DNA of 50,051 bases, taken from the NCBI GenBank assembly GCA_003343765.1, contig QAKO01000039.1, forward strand, positions 1 through 50,051, given 5' to 3'. Under the pieces are notes generated by a model. That model did not search any database, was not told the DNA's origin, and saw only the letters and a list, made by a program, of their open reading frames with translations. Both the position numbers and the translations under genes were made by a program. Below are positions 1-8,193 of this stretch, one piece after another. The DNA is from Bacillota bacterium (lineage in GTDB: Bacteria; Bacillota; Clostridia; Christensenellales; Borkfalkiaceae). Numbering within the stretch: position 1 is the stretch's first letter; every line of letters starts with the position of its first letter.

Positions 1-54
1 CGATTGCCTTGTCGGAACATCGACAAATTCATGAAGATCGTATTTTTGTTTCAT
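1..54 (-). CDS. Possible 5' end of a gene running off the window (MKQKYDLHEFVDVPTRQS...)
   Basis: ATG at 54-52, frame open to the window edge; TG-n-TAAAAT -10-like box ~9 nt upstream. Confidence 0.3.
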   Translation of the reverse strand, partial: MKQKYDLHEFVDVPTRQS

Positions 55-174
55 AGTGCTAATATTTTAGCACTTTTTTTGCATTTTGTCTATAAATTGC
101 TTATATATTAGCGATAGTATTTAAATAATTTATCTTACAAATACATCGGACTTTTACCACTATCGGCAATAGGT

Positions 175-214
175 AAATCAAAGGGGAGCCTAAATATAGA
201 CTCCCTTTTGATTT
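175..214. terminator. Intrinsic terminator downstream of the 59-aa ORF
   Basis: aaatcaaaggggag...ctcccttttgattt inverted repeat. Confidence 0.75.
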
Positions 215-222
215 GTAATAAC

Positions 223-402
223 TTATTCTTCTTCATCATCTTCTCTGCTATGCCAGTATTCATCATTGTTTGGATTACACTGATTTGCATGATTATCTAA
301 GTTGTCCCAATACGCATGATTGTTAGGGTTATGCTGATTTGCATAATCATCCAACTGTTGTTGTGTATGAGTATAACCTGAAACACCATTGCCTTTACCC
401 AT
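223..402 (-). CDS. 59-aa Asn/Asp/His-rich protein with two LD-x-x-ANQ-x-NPNN-x-x-YW repeats (below the ORF-track cutoff)
   Basis: Hand translation MGKGNGVSGYTHTQQQLDDYANQHNPNNHAYWDNLDNHANQCNPNNDEYWHSREDDEEE; AGGAGGTG RBS at 415-408; terminator directly downstream. Confidence 0.85.
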   Translation of the reverse strand: MGKGNGVSGYTHTQQQLDDYANQHNPNNHAYWDNLDNHANQCNPNNDEYWHSREDDEEE

Positions 403-428
403 AACCTCACCTCCTTTTATATTTCATA

Positions 429-1415
429 TCAAGGATAATATCTCAACCCCATAGGATCTTCCAGATTTTCTCTCTCGGCATAGGCTATATCATAAAAGTA
501 TCTTTCATAATTCCACTGAGCCTGCTCATAATCTTCATGATATACACACTTGCAATATTCCTTAAAAAACTCTGCACATCCGTCCAATAATTCAATAATA
601 AGCTTCTCAGAAAACTTTACATACGATGCCGCTATATATCCTTGTTGGAACTTACCATTATACAACACTTCAGGATATCTGTCTTTTAATTTTTTATAGG
701 TAGATAAACTGTTATGTTTAATAAAATGCCAAATAAGATATAATTTGTCGTGAAATTTATAATGTTCGAAATCCCTTGCTGTTCCCTTTTCCCCAGAATA
801 ATCATACAAAGCATTTCGATCAAAATGTTCAACATTTTTCCCGTTTCGAGCTAAAACGTAAACCGTAATCGCTTCGATTCGTGAAGCCATTTGGTGAAAA
901 AACTGCGCATATAAACTAAATAAAATTGTATTCACTTCTTCTTCGTATTTTGCTTGATTTTTTATATTTTGCATTAAAGCCCAACTCTGAGACTCATCAT
1001 AATCGGTTATTCCACACATAAAATTATCGTCATCAGCAGCGATTAATTCCTTTGGCTTTTTAATTCTATCTGCTTCTCTTTGAATCAGGCCCTTAAAAAT
1101 ATTATACCAATCCGATTTAATTTGATTTATTTCCTGAATAAGCCAATTACAGTTATAATCGTAGCGATCTATCTTAGCCGGATGAAAGTAATGAGATCTG
1201 CGCCTATTTACTACTTTTAATTGTTCCTCATCTAAAGTGGTATATGTCATTTTTTGAAAACGCTTTGGGTCAATTCGAATATGCCTTTCAGGATGTCTTT
1301 CATTTGCTATTTCACCAAAAATCCCCCAATAGCGCATATCAGAGATATTAAAGCTTTCGTCTAATTCTTCATATAATTTTTGATTGACAAACCTTCCCTT
1401 TCGATCTTTTTTCAT
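429..1415 (-). CDS. 328-aa hypothetical protein, possible C-terminal HEPN-like domain
   Basis: AGGAGAGG RBS; helical C-terminal half with MASRIE and IWHFIKHNS resembling HEPN motifs (W where the canonical R sits). HEPN call is inference. Confidence 0.8.
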   Translation of the reverse strand: MKKDRKGRFVNQKLYEELDESFNISDMRYWGIFGEIANERHPERHIRIDPKRFQKMTYTTLDEEQLKVVNRRRSHYFHPAKIDRYDYNCNWLIQEINQIKSDWYNIFKGLIQREADRIKKPKELIAADDDNFMCGITDYDESQSWALMQNIKNQAKYEEEVNTILFSLYAQFFHQMASRIEAITVYVLARNGKNVEHFDRNALYDYSGEKGTARDFEHYKFHDKLYLIWHFIKHNSLSTYKKLKDRYPEVLYNGKFQQGYIAASYVKFSEKLIIELLDGCAEFFKEYCKCVYHEDYEQAQWNYERYFYDIAYAERENLEDPMGLRYYP

Positions 1416-1428
1416 GACCTCTCCTTAT

Positions 1429-1453
1429 AAAAAAAGCACTCCCGTGGGAGTGC
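1429..1453 (-). terminator. Intrinsic terminator immediately upstream of the 328-aa ORF
   Basis: Minus strand GCACUCC-CACG-GGAGUGC followed by U7. Confidence 0.85.
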
Positions 1454-1680
1454 CTTCGCTTGATTGATTACCAAGCTAAATACATAAGACCATACCACGC
1501 TAACAGTCATTTGTCTACAGCTACGCTTACTTTGTGAAATCTTAAGCGACAATACTTAATACGGGGCAAATATTTATGCGCAGAAATTAAGCTCATCAAG
1601 TACCAAAGCAGGAAGCAACCTTTAACAAACTATGTTTATAGGCATATGCCCGAAAAACGGATTCGGACAATTCTTATGTG
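1429..1680 (-). ncRNA. Candidate structured ncRNA, ~250 nt
   Basis: Bounded by a consensus promoter and a terminator; 8-bp closing stem, long nested helix series and G-U pairs that work only on the minus strand (folded by eye). Confidence 0.65.
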
Positions 1681-1714
1681 GTATTAGTTTACCACACAAG
1701 AAATCCTATGTCAA
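1671..1714 (-). promoter_or_regulatory. SigA promoter overlapped by a 13-bp operator-like inverted repeat
   Basis: TTGACA(1714-1709)-17-TAAACT(1691-1686) with TG extension; ttcttatgtggta(1671-1683)-6-taccacacaagaa(1690-1702), 1 mismatch. Confidence 0.8.
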
Positions 1715-1770
1715 TAGTATACTTTATTTTTTCATTGTTCGCAATGAACCGTCCGTTCAAAAAAGACACC

Positions 1771-1995
1771 CTATGTTGCAAGGATGTCTTCCACGTGAAC
1801 GTCGAATAATCGAGCAAGATTAAGAAGATTTTCAATCCCAGGCATTTTTTTACCGCTTGCCCAGTCATAAATTACCCTCGGCGAGGATAATTCAAGAAAA
1901 TCTGCAATCTCCTCCCTGCTATATCCCGATTTTTCAATCAGAATATAGAGTTGCAAACCCGTTTTCTTCTTGTCCACTTTTAATTTGTAATTCAT
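1771..1995 (-). CDS. XRE-family HTH regulator (74 aa)
   Basis: SREEIADFLEL...VIYDWASGKKMPGIENLLNLARLFDV; GGAGGT RBS favours ATG 1995 over 2034. Confidence 0.9.
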   Translation of the reverse strand: MNYKLKVDKKKTGLQLYILIEKSGYSREEIADFLELSSPRVIYDWASGKKMPGIENLLNLARLFDVHVEDILAT

Positions 1996-2111
1996 ATACG
2001 TACCTCCAAATGACAATCGCCAAATTTGGTACAAATAGAATTACAGAATTATTTTATCACGGTATTCTTTTAAATGCAAGCCCCATATAAATTTAAAATA
2101 TTAAAAACATT

Positions 2112-2423
2112 TTATTTCTCTGCCAATGTACGTAGCAACTCAAATACGATTTGACGCTTTTCGGGCGGTACCTTTGAGAACAATTCTAATAAAACAGTCT
2201 GTTCGGAATCCAAATTCATTTCATCCACACCACTGTAAAATTCTGCTTGCGATATTCCCAACGCAAGACAGATGCTTTCTATAGAATTTCTATCCGGAGT
2301 ATAGTGCTTTTCATTGAACCAATCATATACGGTTGTAGGATAAAAGCCCGCTTCTTTCGCTAACTTGTATTTCGTCCATCCGTTCTTTTTCAGCAGCTCT
2401 AATATTCTATCTTGAACAGTCAT
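2112..2423 (-). CDS. XRE-family HTH regulator (103 aa)
   Basis: WTKYKLAKEAGFYPTTVYDW...SIESICLALGISQAEF. Confidence 0.9.
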   Translation of the reverse strand: MTVQDRILELLKKNGWTKYKLAKEAGFYPTTVYDWFNEKHYTPDRNSIESICLALGISQAEFYSGVDEMNLDSEQTVLLELFSKVPPEKRQIVFELLRTLAEK

Positions 2424-2540
2424 TATTATGCTCTCCCATTTATAGTGTTTACACTAATATTTTATTATTGTTGACACGAATTTTTATTCGTGCTACAATG
2501 TAAATAATATTATTGCTAAAACGTAATTATAGGAGATTTT

Positions 2541-3146
2541 ATGAAAACATGCTGTCTCACAGGACATCGTCCGAAGGGATTTCCTTGGGATTATGCGGAT
2601 AAAGATTGTATGGAACACAAAAGCTATCTTGCCTTGCTGCGGGAAAAAGTTGTTGAACTGATTTCAAAGGGCTACAGTCACTTTATTTCGGGCGGTGCGC
2701 TGGGTGCAGATTCAGACTTTGCGGAAATTGTTATCGACTTGCGGAAATCCGCTTACCCTGACATTACGCTTGAAATTGCCGTCCCCTGCCCCAATCAAGA
2801 TTTGAAGTGGCGCTCAGAAGATAAACGCCGATACAAGAAAATCTTCAAAGCGGCAGATTCCGTCAATGTCATCAGCGAAAAGTATTCTGACTTTTGTATG
2901 CAAAAACGGAACGAGTACATGGTCGATCATTCCGACTTTGTTATCGTTGTGTGGAACGGCGAGAAACAGGGTGGTACGTATCGTACATTCCAATATACAC
3001 AAAGAAAGAAAAAGCCATTTATGGTTATAGACCTACAAGACCTACCGGAAGACATTGAAACCAAAATAAAAGGAGCTGTCAATAAAATGACAGTTCCCAG
3101 TTTTGAAGAAGTTCATGAGCGCCTTAAAAGCCGATTAAAGTGGTAA
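2541..3146 (+). CDS. DUF1273/YspA-like SLOG-superfamily protein
   Basis: TGHRP, FISGGALGAD, MQKRNEYMVDHSD and GGT motifs; AGGAG RBS. Confidence 0.9.
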   Translation: MKTCCLTGHRPKGFPWDYADKDCMEHKSYLALLREKVVELISKGYSHFISGGALGADSDFAEIVIDLRKSAYPDITLEIAVPCPNQDLKWRSEDKRRYKKIFKAADSVNVISEKYSDFCMQKRNEYMVDHSDFVIVVWNGEKQGGTYRTFQYTQRKKKPFMVIDLQDLPEDIETKIKGAVNKMTVPSFEEVHERLKSRLKW

Positions 3147-3151
3147 GTATG

Positions 3152-3186
3152 AGCGGAGCGGCAAATTTGCCGCTCCGCTTCATTTA
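3152..3186 (+). terminator. Terminator of the SLOG gene
   Basis: agcggagcggca-aatt-tgccgctccgct hairpin. Confidence 0.75.
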
Positions 3187-3430
3187 TTGTTTATTTTCTC
3201 TCTCTTCACTACCGATATAGTTTCATCAAAAAAGCAAACAAAATTTAAGTCAAAAAACAAAAAAATATGCCTGCTTGCATGATAAAATTTTACAAAACAA
3301 TTCTCATTTCTTTCTTTTTCGCCCTTCAGCGGCCCCATAGCAGAAGACAAACTTCCGAAATTTGCTTATAACCCCGCTTAGTCCTACGGGAATATATGAA
3401 AAATGATAAGTTTTGATCATTTTTAACACA

Positions 3431-3468
3431 AAAAAATCCCGCCGGACGGTGTTTCCGGTGGGATTTTT
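3431..3468. terminator. Bidirectional terminator-like hairpin near the island end
   Basis: aaaaatcccgccgga...tccggtgggattttt. Confidence 0.55.
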
Positions 3469-3629
3469 AGGGCCAGGGAAATTTGGGGAATGAACAAAAA
3501 TAACTAAAAAAACGAAGGTTTTTCTTTCTATAAAAACTAGGCAAAAAAGCGGCTTTTTTAATGATTTATCGATGATCCTTCGGTTGTTTTACGATGAATG
3601 ATCGATGCATGTTTGAGGGCCTTGAATGT

Positions 3630-3684
3630 CTTAAAATCCTGAGGAGTAACATCCGTATCGGTTCAAGTCCGATCGCGGGCACCA
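3630..3684 (+). mobile_element. attR-like site: 3' half of tRNA-Leu(TAA) marking the right end of an integrated element covering 1-~3684
   Basis: CTTAAAA anticodon loop, long variable arm, GGTTCAAGTCC T-arm, ACCA end; no D-arm or 5' acceptor strand upstream; AT-rich DNA to the left. Confidence 0.85.
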
Positions 3685-3946
3685 CGGAAAAACCACTATA
3701 TATGGTAGATTTTAACCAAATTCGCTGTATATCGTGGTTTTTTCTTTTTGTCTTTTTTGTGCCTTTCCTATCCTCTGCTTTCCCCAAAAAACGGAATGTA
3801 AAATGTTTGATTTTAACACGCCAAATTCACAAAAATTGGAGCTAAAATCCGTGAAACACCGCTTTTGGGGAAAGTTTTGGGGAATAAATTCTATGTTTTT
3901 TACATTTTTTCAGACCGTTTACGGGACATAATCGAACTTTGCAATC

Positions 3947-4573
3947 TCATCCAGCTGTATACCCCTTTTCGATACACGTCGGTTCCGTTACCGTGCCGCT
4001 TCCGCTCGCCGTATGCCCGAATGCGGGAATCCCTTCTTCATATGTATCGTGACACTCTGTGCATTCATATACGCGCTTGCCTGCTTCCGTACAGGTAGAA
4101 TCTGTCTCTGTCTTCAACTCATAATCGTGGCTCGCCGAAATGCTCTGCTCTTCCTTTTCTTTACAACGAACGCATTCCCGCACTTTTAAGCCGTTTTCCG
4201 TACACGTCGCAGGTTTTGTTTCTACCCATTCTCCGAAATCATGTCCCAACGCTTCCCCGACTTCCTGCGTTTCCGAAATCCCACAACGTGCACAAGTTCT
4301 CTGTTCCTTTTTCGCTTCCGTACACGTTGCCGCAGATTCTTCTTCCCACGCCCCGAAGTTATGACCAAGCGCTTCCCCGTATGCTTCCGAATATGTTTCT
4401 CCGCACTTTTTGCACTCGTACCGCTTGCTGCCCTGTTCGGTACAGGTGGGAGGCGTTTCTTGCGTCATCTCATATTCATGAACACACTCTTTTTCTCCCC
4501 CTGCACAGCTAACCCCCAGTACAGACGTTACGCACAGGCAAATTGCCGCTATCAAAATATAAGCCTTTCTCAT
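3947..4573 (-). CDS. Lipoprotein with Cys/His-rich (A/P/S)TCTE-x-G...C-x-x-C repeats, probably 3'-truncated
   Basis: Signal peptide with GVSC lipobox; GGAGG RBS before ATG 4573; about 4.5 repeats of ~38 aa, stops mid-repeat. Confidence 0.75.
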   Translation of the reverse strand: MRKAYILIAAICLCVTSVLGVSCAGGEKECVHEYEMTQETPPTCTEQGSKRYECKKCGETYSEAYGEALGHNFGAWEEESAATCTEAKKEQRTCARCGISETQEVGEALGHDFGEWVETKPATCTENGLKVRECVRCKEKEEQSISASHDYELKTETDSTCTEAGKRVYECTECHDTYEEGIPAFGHTASGSGTVTEPTCIEKGYTAG

Positions 4574-4739
4574 CTTTTTTCCTCCGCCATTTTTCCTTTT
4601 ATCTATTTTCATTATACACGTTTATTTTGCGCAGTTCAATATCTTAAAAAAACACAAAATCGCTCAAAACAAACTTTTTTAATCAACCCGTTGACAAACT
4701 TTTTCTTTTCGTTTATCAAAGTTTCAAGAGGTTTCCATC

Positions 4740-5618
4740 ATGCTGACTTATCACCTTTCCCCACAGGAACTTAACTTCATTTCACGCATTACCAACGAAC
4801 AAGACGGCACTTTCCATGCCCATTCTTACAGTGAAATCTTCTACATCCGCGGAGGGCATATTATTCACAGTCTTGCAGGGAGAGAAGATCCTTTAAAAGC
4901 AGGCGATGCTTTTCTGCTGTTTCCGGGCTGCGGACACAAATTTATCCGCAAAAACAGTGAACCTTGCTCACACCGCGATATCATGATCCGCGAATCACTG
5001 CTCAAAGAAGCGTGTGATTTTCTCGATCCCGAATTCTACGAAACACTTCGGCGGAATACTTTCATACGCTTTCAGCTCGGTAATACGGAAATCGCTTTTT
5101 TTGAAAAACTTTTCGGTACTTTCTTGTCGACCGACATAACTTCCAAAAGAAAACACTTTGAACGTATTTTTGTAACAGAGTTGATCAGTTATATTTATTT
5201 TCAGGCACAGGATTCGTCTTTGAAATACTCCGAATTCAAAAACCGATGTTTGCAGGAAATCAACAATTTCTTCACATTTCCTGATGCACTCCAACGCATT
5301 CGCGCTGAAATGGGGTATAACTCCATTTATTTTGCAAGAAAGTTCAAAGAGGAATTTCAGACTACTCCTACCGCCTACCTGCTTTCGGAAAAACTGAATC
5401 ACGCCGCTTTTCTTCTGACAACTACTTCTTTTTCCCTCGATGATTGTTGCAGCGCCATCGGGATCACAAGCACTACTTACTTTATCAATGCTTTCAAAGC
5501 AAAGTACGGAACAACTCCCACAAAGTACCGAAAACAACAATCGGCGGTTTCCTTCTCTCCCGATTACAAAGTTCATTCGGCTGCCAATGCACGTTCAAAA
5601 AAACCACACAACGTATAA
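4740..5618 (+). CDS. AraC-family regulator (cupin plus HTH)
   Basis: HAHSYSE cupin motif; YFARKFKEEFQTTP and YFINAFKAKYGTTPTKYR. Confidence 0.92.
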   Translation: MLTYHLSPQELNFISRITNEQDGTFHAHSYSEIFYIRGGHIIHSLAGREDPLKAGDAFLLFPGCGHKFIRKNSEPCSHRDIMIRESLLKEACDFLDPEFYETLRRNTFIRFQLGNTEIAFFEKLFGTFLSTDITSKRKHFERIFVTELISYIYFQAQDSSLKYSEFKNRCLQEINNFFTFPDALQRIRAEMGYNSIYFARKFKEEFQTTPTAYLLSEKLNHAAFLLTTTSFSLDDCCSAIGITSTTYFINAFKAKYGTTPTKYRKQQSAVSFSPDYKVHSAANARSKKPHNV

Positions 5619-5651
5619 AGAAAATTGCAACAAATTGTTGTATGCATTTTT

Positions 5652-5703
5652 ATAAAACAGAAAGGGGCGTACGGAAAAATCCGTACGCCCCTTTCTGTTT
5701 TAT
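5652..5703. terminator. Bidirectional terminator between convergent genes
   Basis: Perfect 24-bp inverted repeat ataaaacagaaaggggcgtacgga / tccgtacgcccctttctgttttat. Confidence 0.9.
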
Positions 5704-5715
5704 GCAATATATTTA

Positions 5716-8157
5716 TTATGCTTTTTTACGAAACAGTACGACCGCAGCCCCCACGCACAGCAATGCGCTTACCGCAAGGAAAGAAATCCCCGCCGAAGAA
5801 CTGCATCCGCCCGACGTTCCGGGTTTGTCCGTGCCATCCGTATCGCCCGTATTACCGCCGTCGTTCTTTTCCGTGACCGTTACAGAGCACGTTGCGGTCT
5901 TATCGCCGACTTTCGCCGTAATAGTGACCGTGCCTGCCTTTTTCGCAACAACTTTGCCGTTTTCTACCGTAGCGACACTTTCATCCGACGACGTCCATAC
6001 GATTTCACCCGTACTGCCTTCCGGCTGAATGGTTGCCGTCAGCGTCAGTTCATCTCCCACTTTCATTTCTGCGGAAGACTTATCCAGCGTGATGCCCGTT
6101 ACGGGAACACTGACCGTGATTTCAATTTCGTTGGATACGACGCCGTCCAGGCTCACCTTGATTTTGGCCGTTCCGCTCTTCAAAGCCTTGACCACATACG
6201 TCACCGCCGCCGTCTCTTCGTCCGTCACCGCTTCTACTTTCGCAACCGCTTCATCCGAAGAGGTGAACACAGGCGTAGCGCTGATAAACGAAGGATCCAC
6301 CGTAAGGGTGAGCGCCGTGCTTTCCCCTGCGTTCAGCTGCGTTTTTTCTGCGGAGATTGCCAGGGATACGGGCACAAATTTCTGCTGCGTTCCGTCGTAA
6401 CGGAGCGTCACGTCCTGATCGATGTATGCACCCGAGAAGAAGGTAAATCCTGCTTTGAACGTGATCTCGATGTTATCCGTATCGCCGAACCCGTTGGTCA
6501 CGTTCGAACGGATGGAAAGAACGTTTTTGCTGAGAATGTGCATCTGGAAACGGCTGGATTTCGCTTCCGCGCCCGAAAGTTCTGCCCAGTAGTCGCCTAC
6601 TTTTTTGCCGTTGATGTAGATGTTTTCCAGAATGTTGCGCGTTGCTCCCGAAGACGCAAGCGCAGCCGCCTGCTCTTTCGCATACCCTGCGCCCGCAGGT
6701 ACGGAATTGGAGAGCAGATATTCGGGATGTCCGCTGTAAAGCAGCATCATGCCTTCCGCAATGTCGCCGTCAAACGTGATATCCACACTTCCGTTGACAC
6801 CGTTGTCGATGACGTCAAAGGAAACGGACGAAATGTGCACAACGTTCGTCTTTTCGATTTCATACGGCGCTACATCCGACCAGAAAGAAAGTTCGGGGAT
6901 ATAATACCGTACAATGTCCTCGGTAAGCACGTGCTTCGTTTCAAAAACAAACGCTTTGGAAATTTTAAACGTAATGTTGGTTTCGGGATCAAGTACGCCC
7001 GTATCCGCTACGGCCGTCACCTTGATCGTCGTGCCGACGGCGGAAATCGTGACCGCAGGGATCTCGATGCCATCCGCATCTTCCGCTTTCACTTCTTCGT
7101 TGATCTGCTTGACGCTCTTTCCGTTGATAAAGAAATTCTCCGAATAGTTCGCCTGCTCCTGCAGATCGGACAGTTCCGTTTCCGACGCTTCCAGCTTGAA
7201 TTCCGCAGAGAATTCGTACATGGCAGGCATGGTCGCGCCCGCTTCGATATACGTAAGTCCGCCCAGCTTGTTCAGAGAGTTTACCGAACCTGCATCCGCA
7301 CTTTCCGCCCAGGATCCGTTGGAAAATTTCACTTTGATCCCCGTCCCGAGATAATCTTTGAACGCAGACCCGTCCTGACTTGCAGGGAAATGCAACCCCG
7401 CAAGAATCTCAATCATATCTCCTTCTTTAAATTTATAGTCTCCATTCGGATAAATATAGAAAGCATTTTCATACAGATGAACGGAAAATTCGCCGTTTAC
7501 GGGATTTCCGTTGTAAAGAATAAAGGATGCCACCTTTTTGCCGCAGTCGGAAAGATCCTGCACGTTGGTGTAATTCATGTTGGTTCCCTGGCGTCCCAGA
7601 TCGAACACGATGGATTCGCCGTTTCCGAAGCCTGTGCCCAGTCCCGTTACTTTTACGTCGGTACGCTCCTGCGAATCGGTAGCGGCCGTCTTGATCCAGC
7701 CGTTCACGGTATAAACGAGCTTAAACGATTCGCCAAGCACTCCCGCGGACGTCGTTTTGTCCGCATTCGGGATCGGAAGCCCTTTCAGAAGCTCCAGCGT
7801 CGCGCCGACCGTTTTGATGCTCTGGTCATTGATGCTGATCGAGAACGTGTTTTTTGCGCAATAATGCACATTGATCTTGTTCGTATCGATGACTTCGCCG
7901 TTAAAAAGAACATATTCTTTGAACGGCTTGCCGTCGATCGTCGCGCCTTCGAGATTGGTCACGTTTTCACCGCCAAGTCCCGTCTGACTGAGTTTCAGAT
8001 CGGTATCATTGATACCGCCGGCAAATTCATTGGGATATGAAACGATGGTGATCGGCGTCGTTTCTTCAGCCACGGCAAACATTACCCCTGCCCCGATGCA
8101 GGAAATCGCCATTATCATACTCAAAATGAGCGTAATGACTCTGCTACGTTTTTTCAT
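5716..8157 (-). CDS. Surface protein with two C-terminal Ig-like (Big_2) domains and a GGCSS-TM-basic anchor
   Basis: Signal peptide; FTSSDEAVAKV and WTSSDESVATV; ends GGCSSSAG-hydrophobic-FRKKA. Confidence 0.85.
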   Translation of the reverse strand: MKKRSRVITLILSMIMAISCIGAGVMFAVAEETTPITIVSYPNEFAGGINDTDLKLSQTGLGGENVTNLEGATIDGKPFKEYVLFNGEVIDTNKINVHYCAKNTFSISINDQSIKTVGATLELLKGLPIPNADKTTSAGVLGESFKLVYTVNGWIKTAATDSQERTDVKVTGLGTGFGNGESIVFDLGRQGTNMNYTNVQDLSDCGKKVASFILYNGNPVNGEFSVHLYENAFYIYPNGDYKFKEGDMIEILAGLHFPASQDGSAFKDYLGTGIKVKFSNGSWAESADAGSVNSLNKLGGLTYIEAGATMPAMYEFSAEFKLEASETELSDLQEQANYSENFFINGKSVKQINEEVKAEDADGIEIPAVTISAVGTTIKVTAVADTGVLDPETNITFKISKAFVFETKHVLTEDIVRYYIPELSFWSDVAPYEIEKTNVVHISSVSFDVIDNGVNGSVDITFDGDIAEGMMLLYSGHPEYLLSNSVPAGAGYAKEQAAALASSGATRNILENIYINGKKVGDYWAELSGAEAKSSRFQMHILSKNVLSIRSNVTNGFGDTDNIEITFKAGFTFFSGAYIDQDVTLRYDGTQQKFVPVSLAISAEKTQLNAGESTALTLTVDPSFISATPVFTSSDEAVAKVEAVTDEETAAVTYVVKALKSGTAKIKVSLDGVVSNEIEITVSVPVTGITLDKSSAEMKVGDELTLTATIQPEGSTGEIVWTSSDESVATVENGKVVAKKAGTVTITAKVGDKTATCSVTVTEKNDGGNTGDTDGTDKPGTSGGCSSSAGISFLAVSALLCVGAAVVLFRKKA

Positions 8158-8193
8158 ACATTTCCTCCTAAATTTTGGGATACATCCCCATTT

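Noticed and set aside
55..74. agtgctaa-tatt-ttagcact as a CIRCE
   Set aside because: Half-sites are in reverse order with a 4-bp spacer; may be some other operator
1429..1680. Retron msr-msd call
   Set aside because: No reverse transcriptase in the window and no G directly after the closing stem; resemblance is topological only
1632..1823. 63-aa plus-strand ORF
   Set aside because: No RBS; overlaps the minus-strand promoter and the XRE gene
3600..3684. Intact tRNA-Leu
   Set aside because: 5' acceptor strand and D-arm are missing
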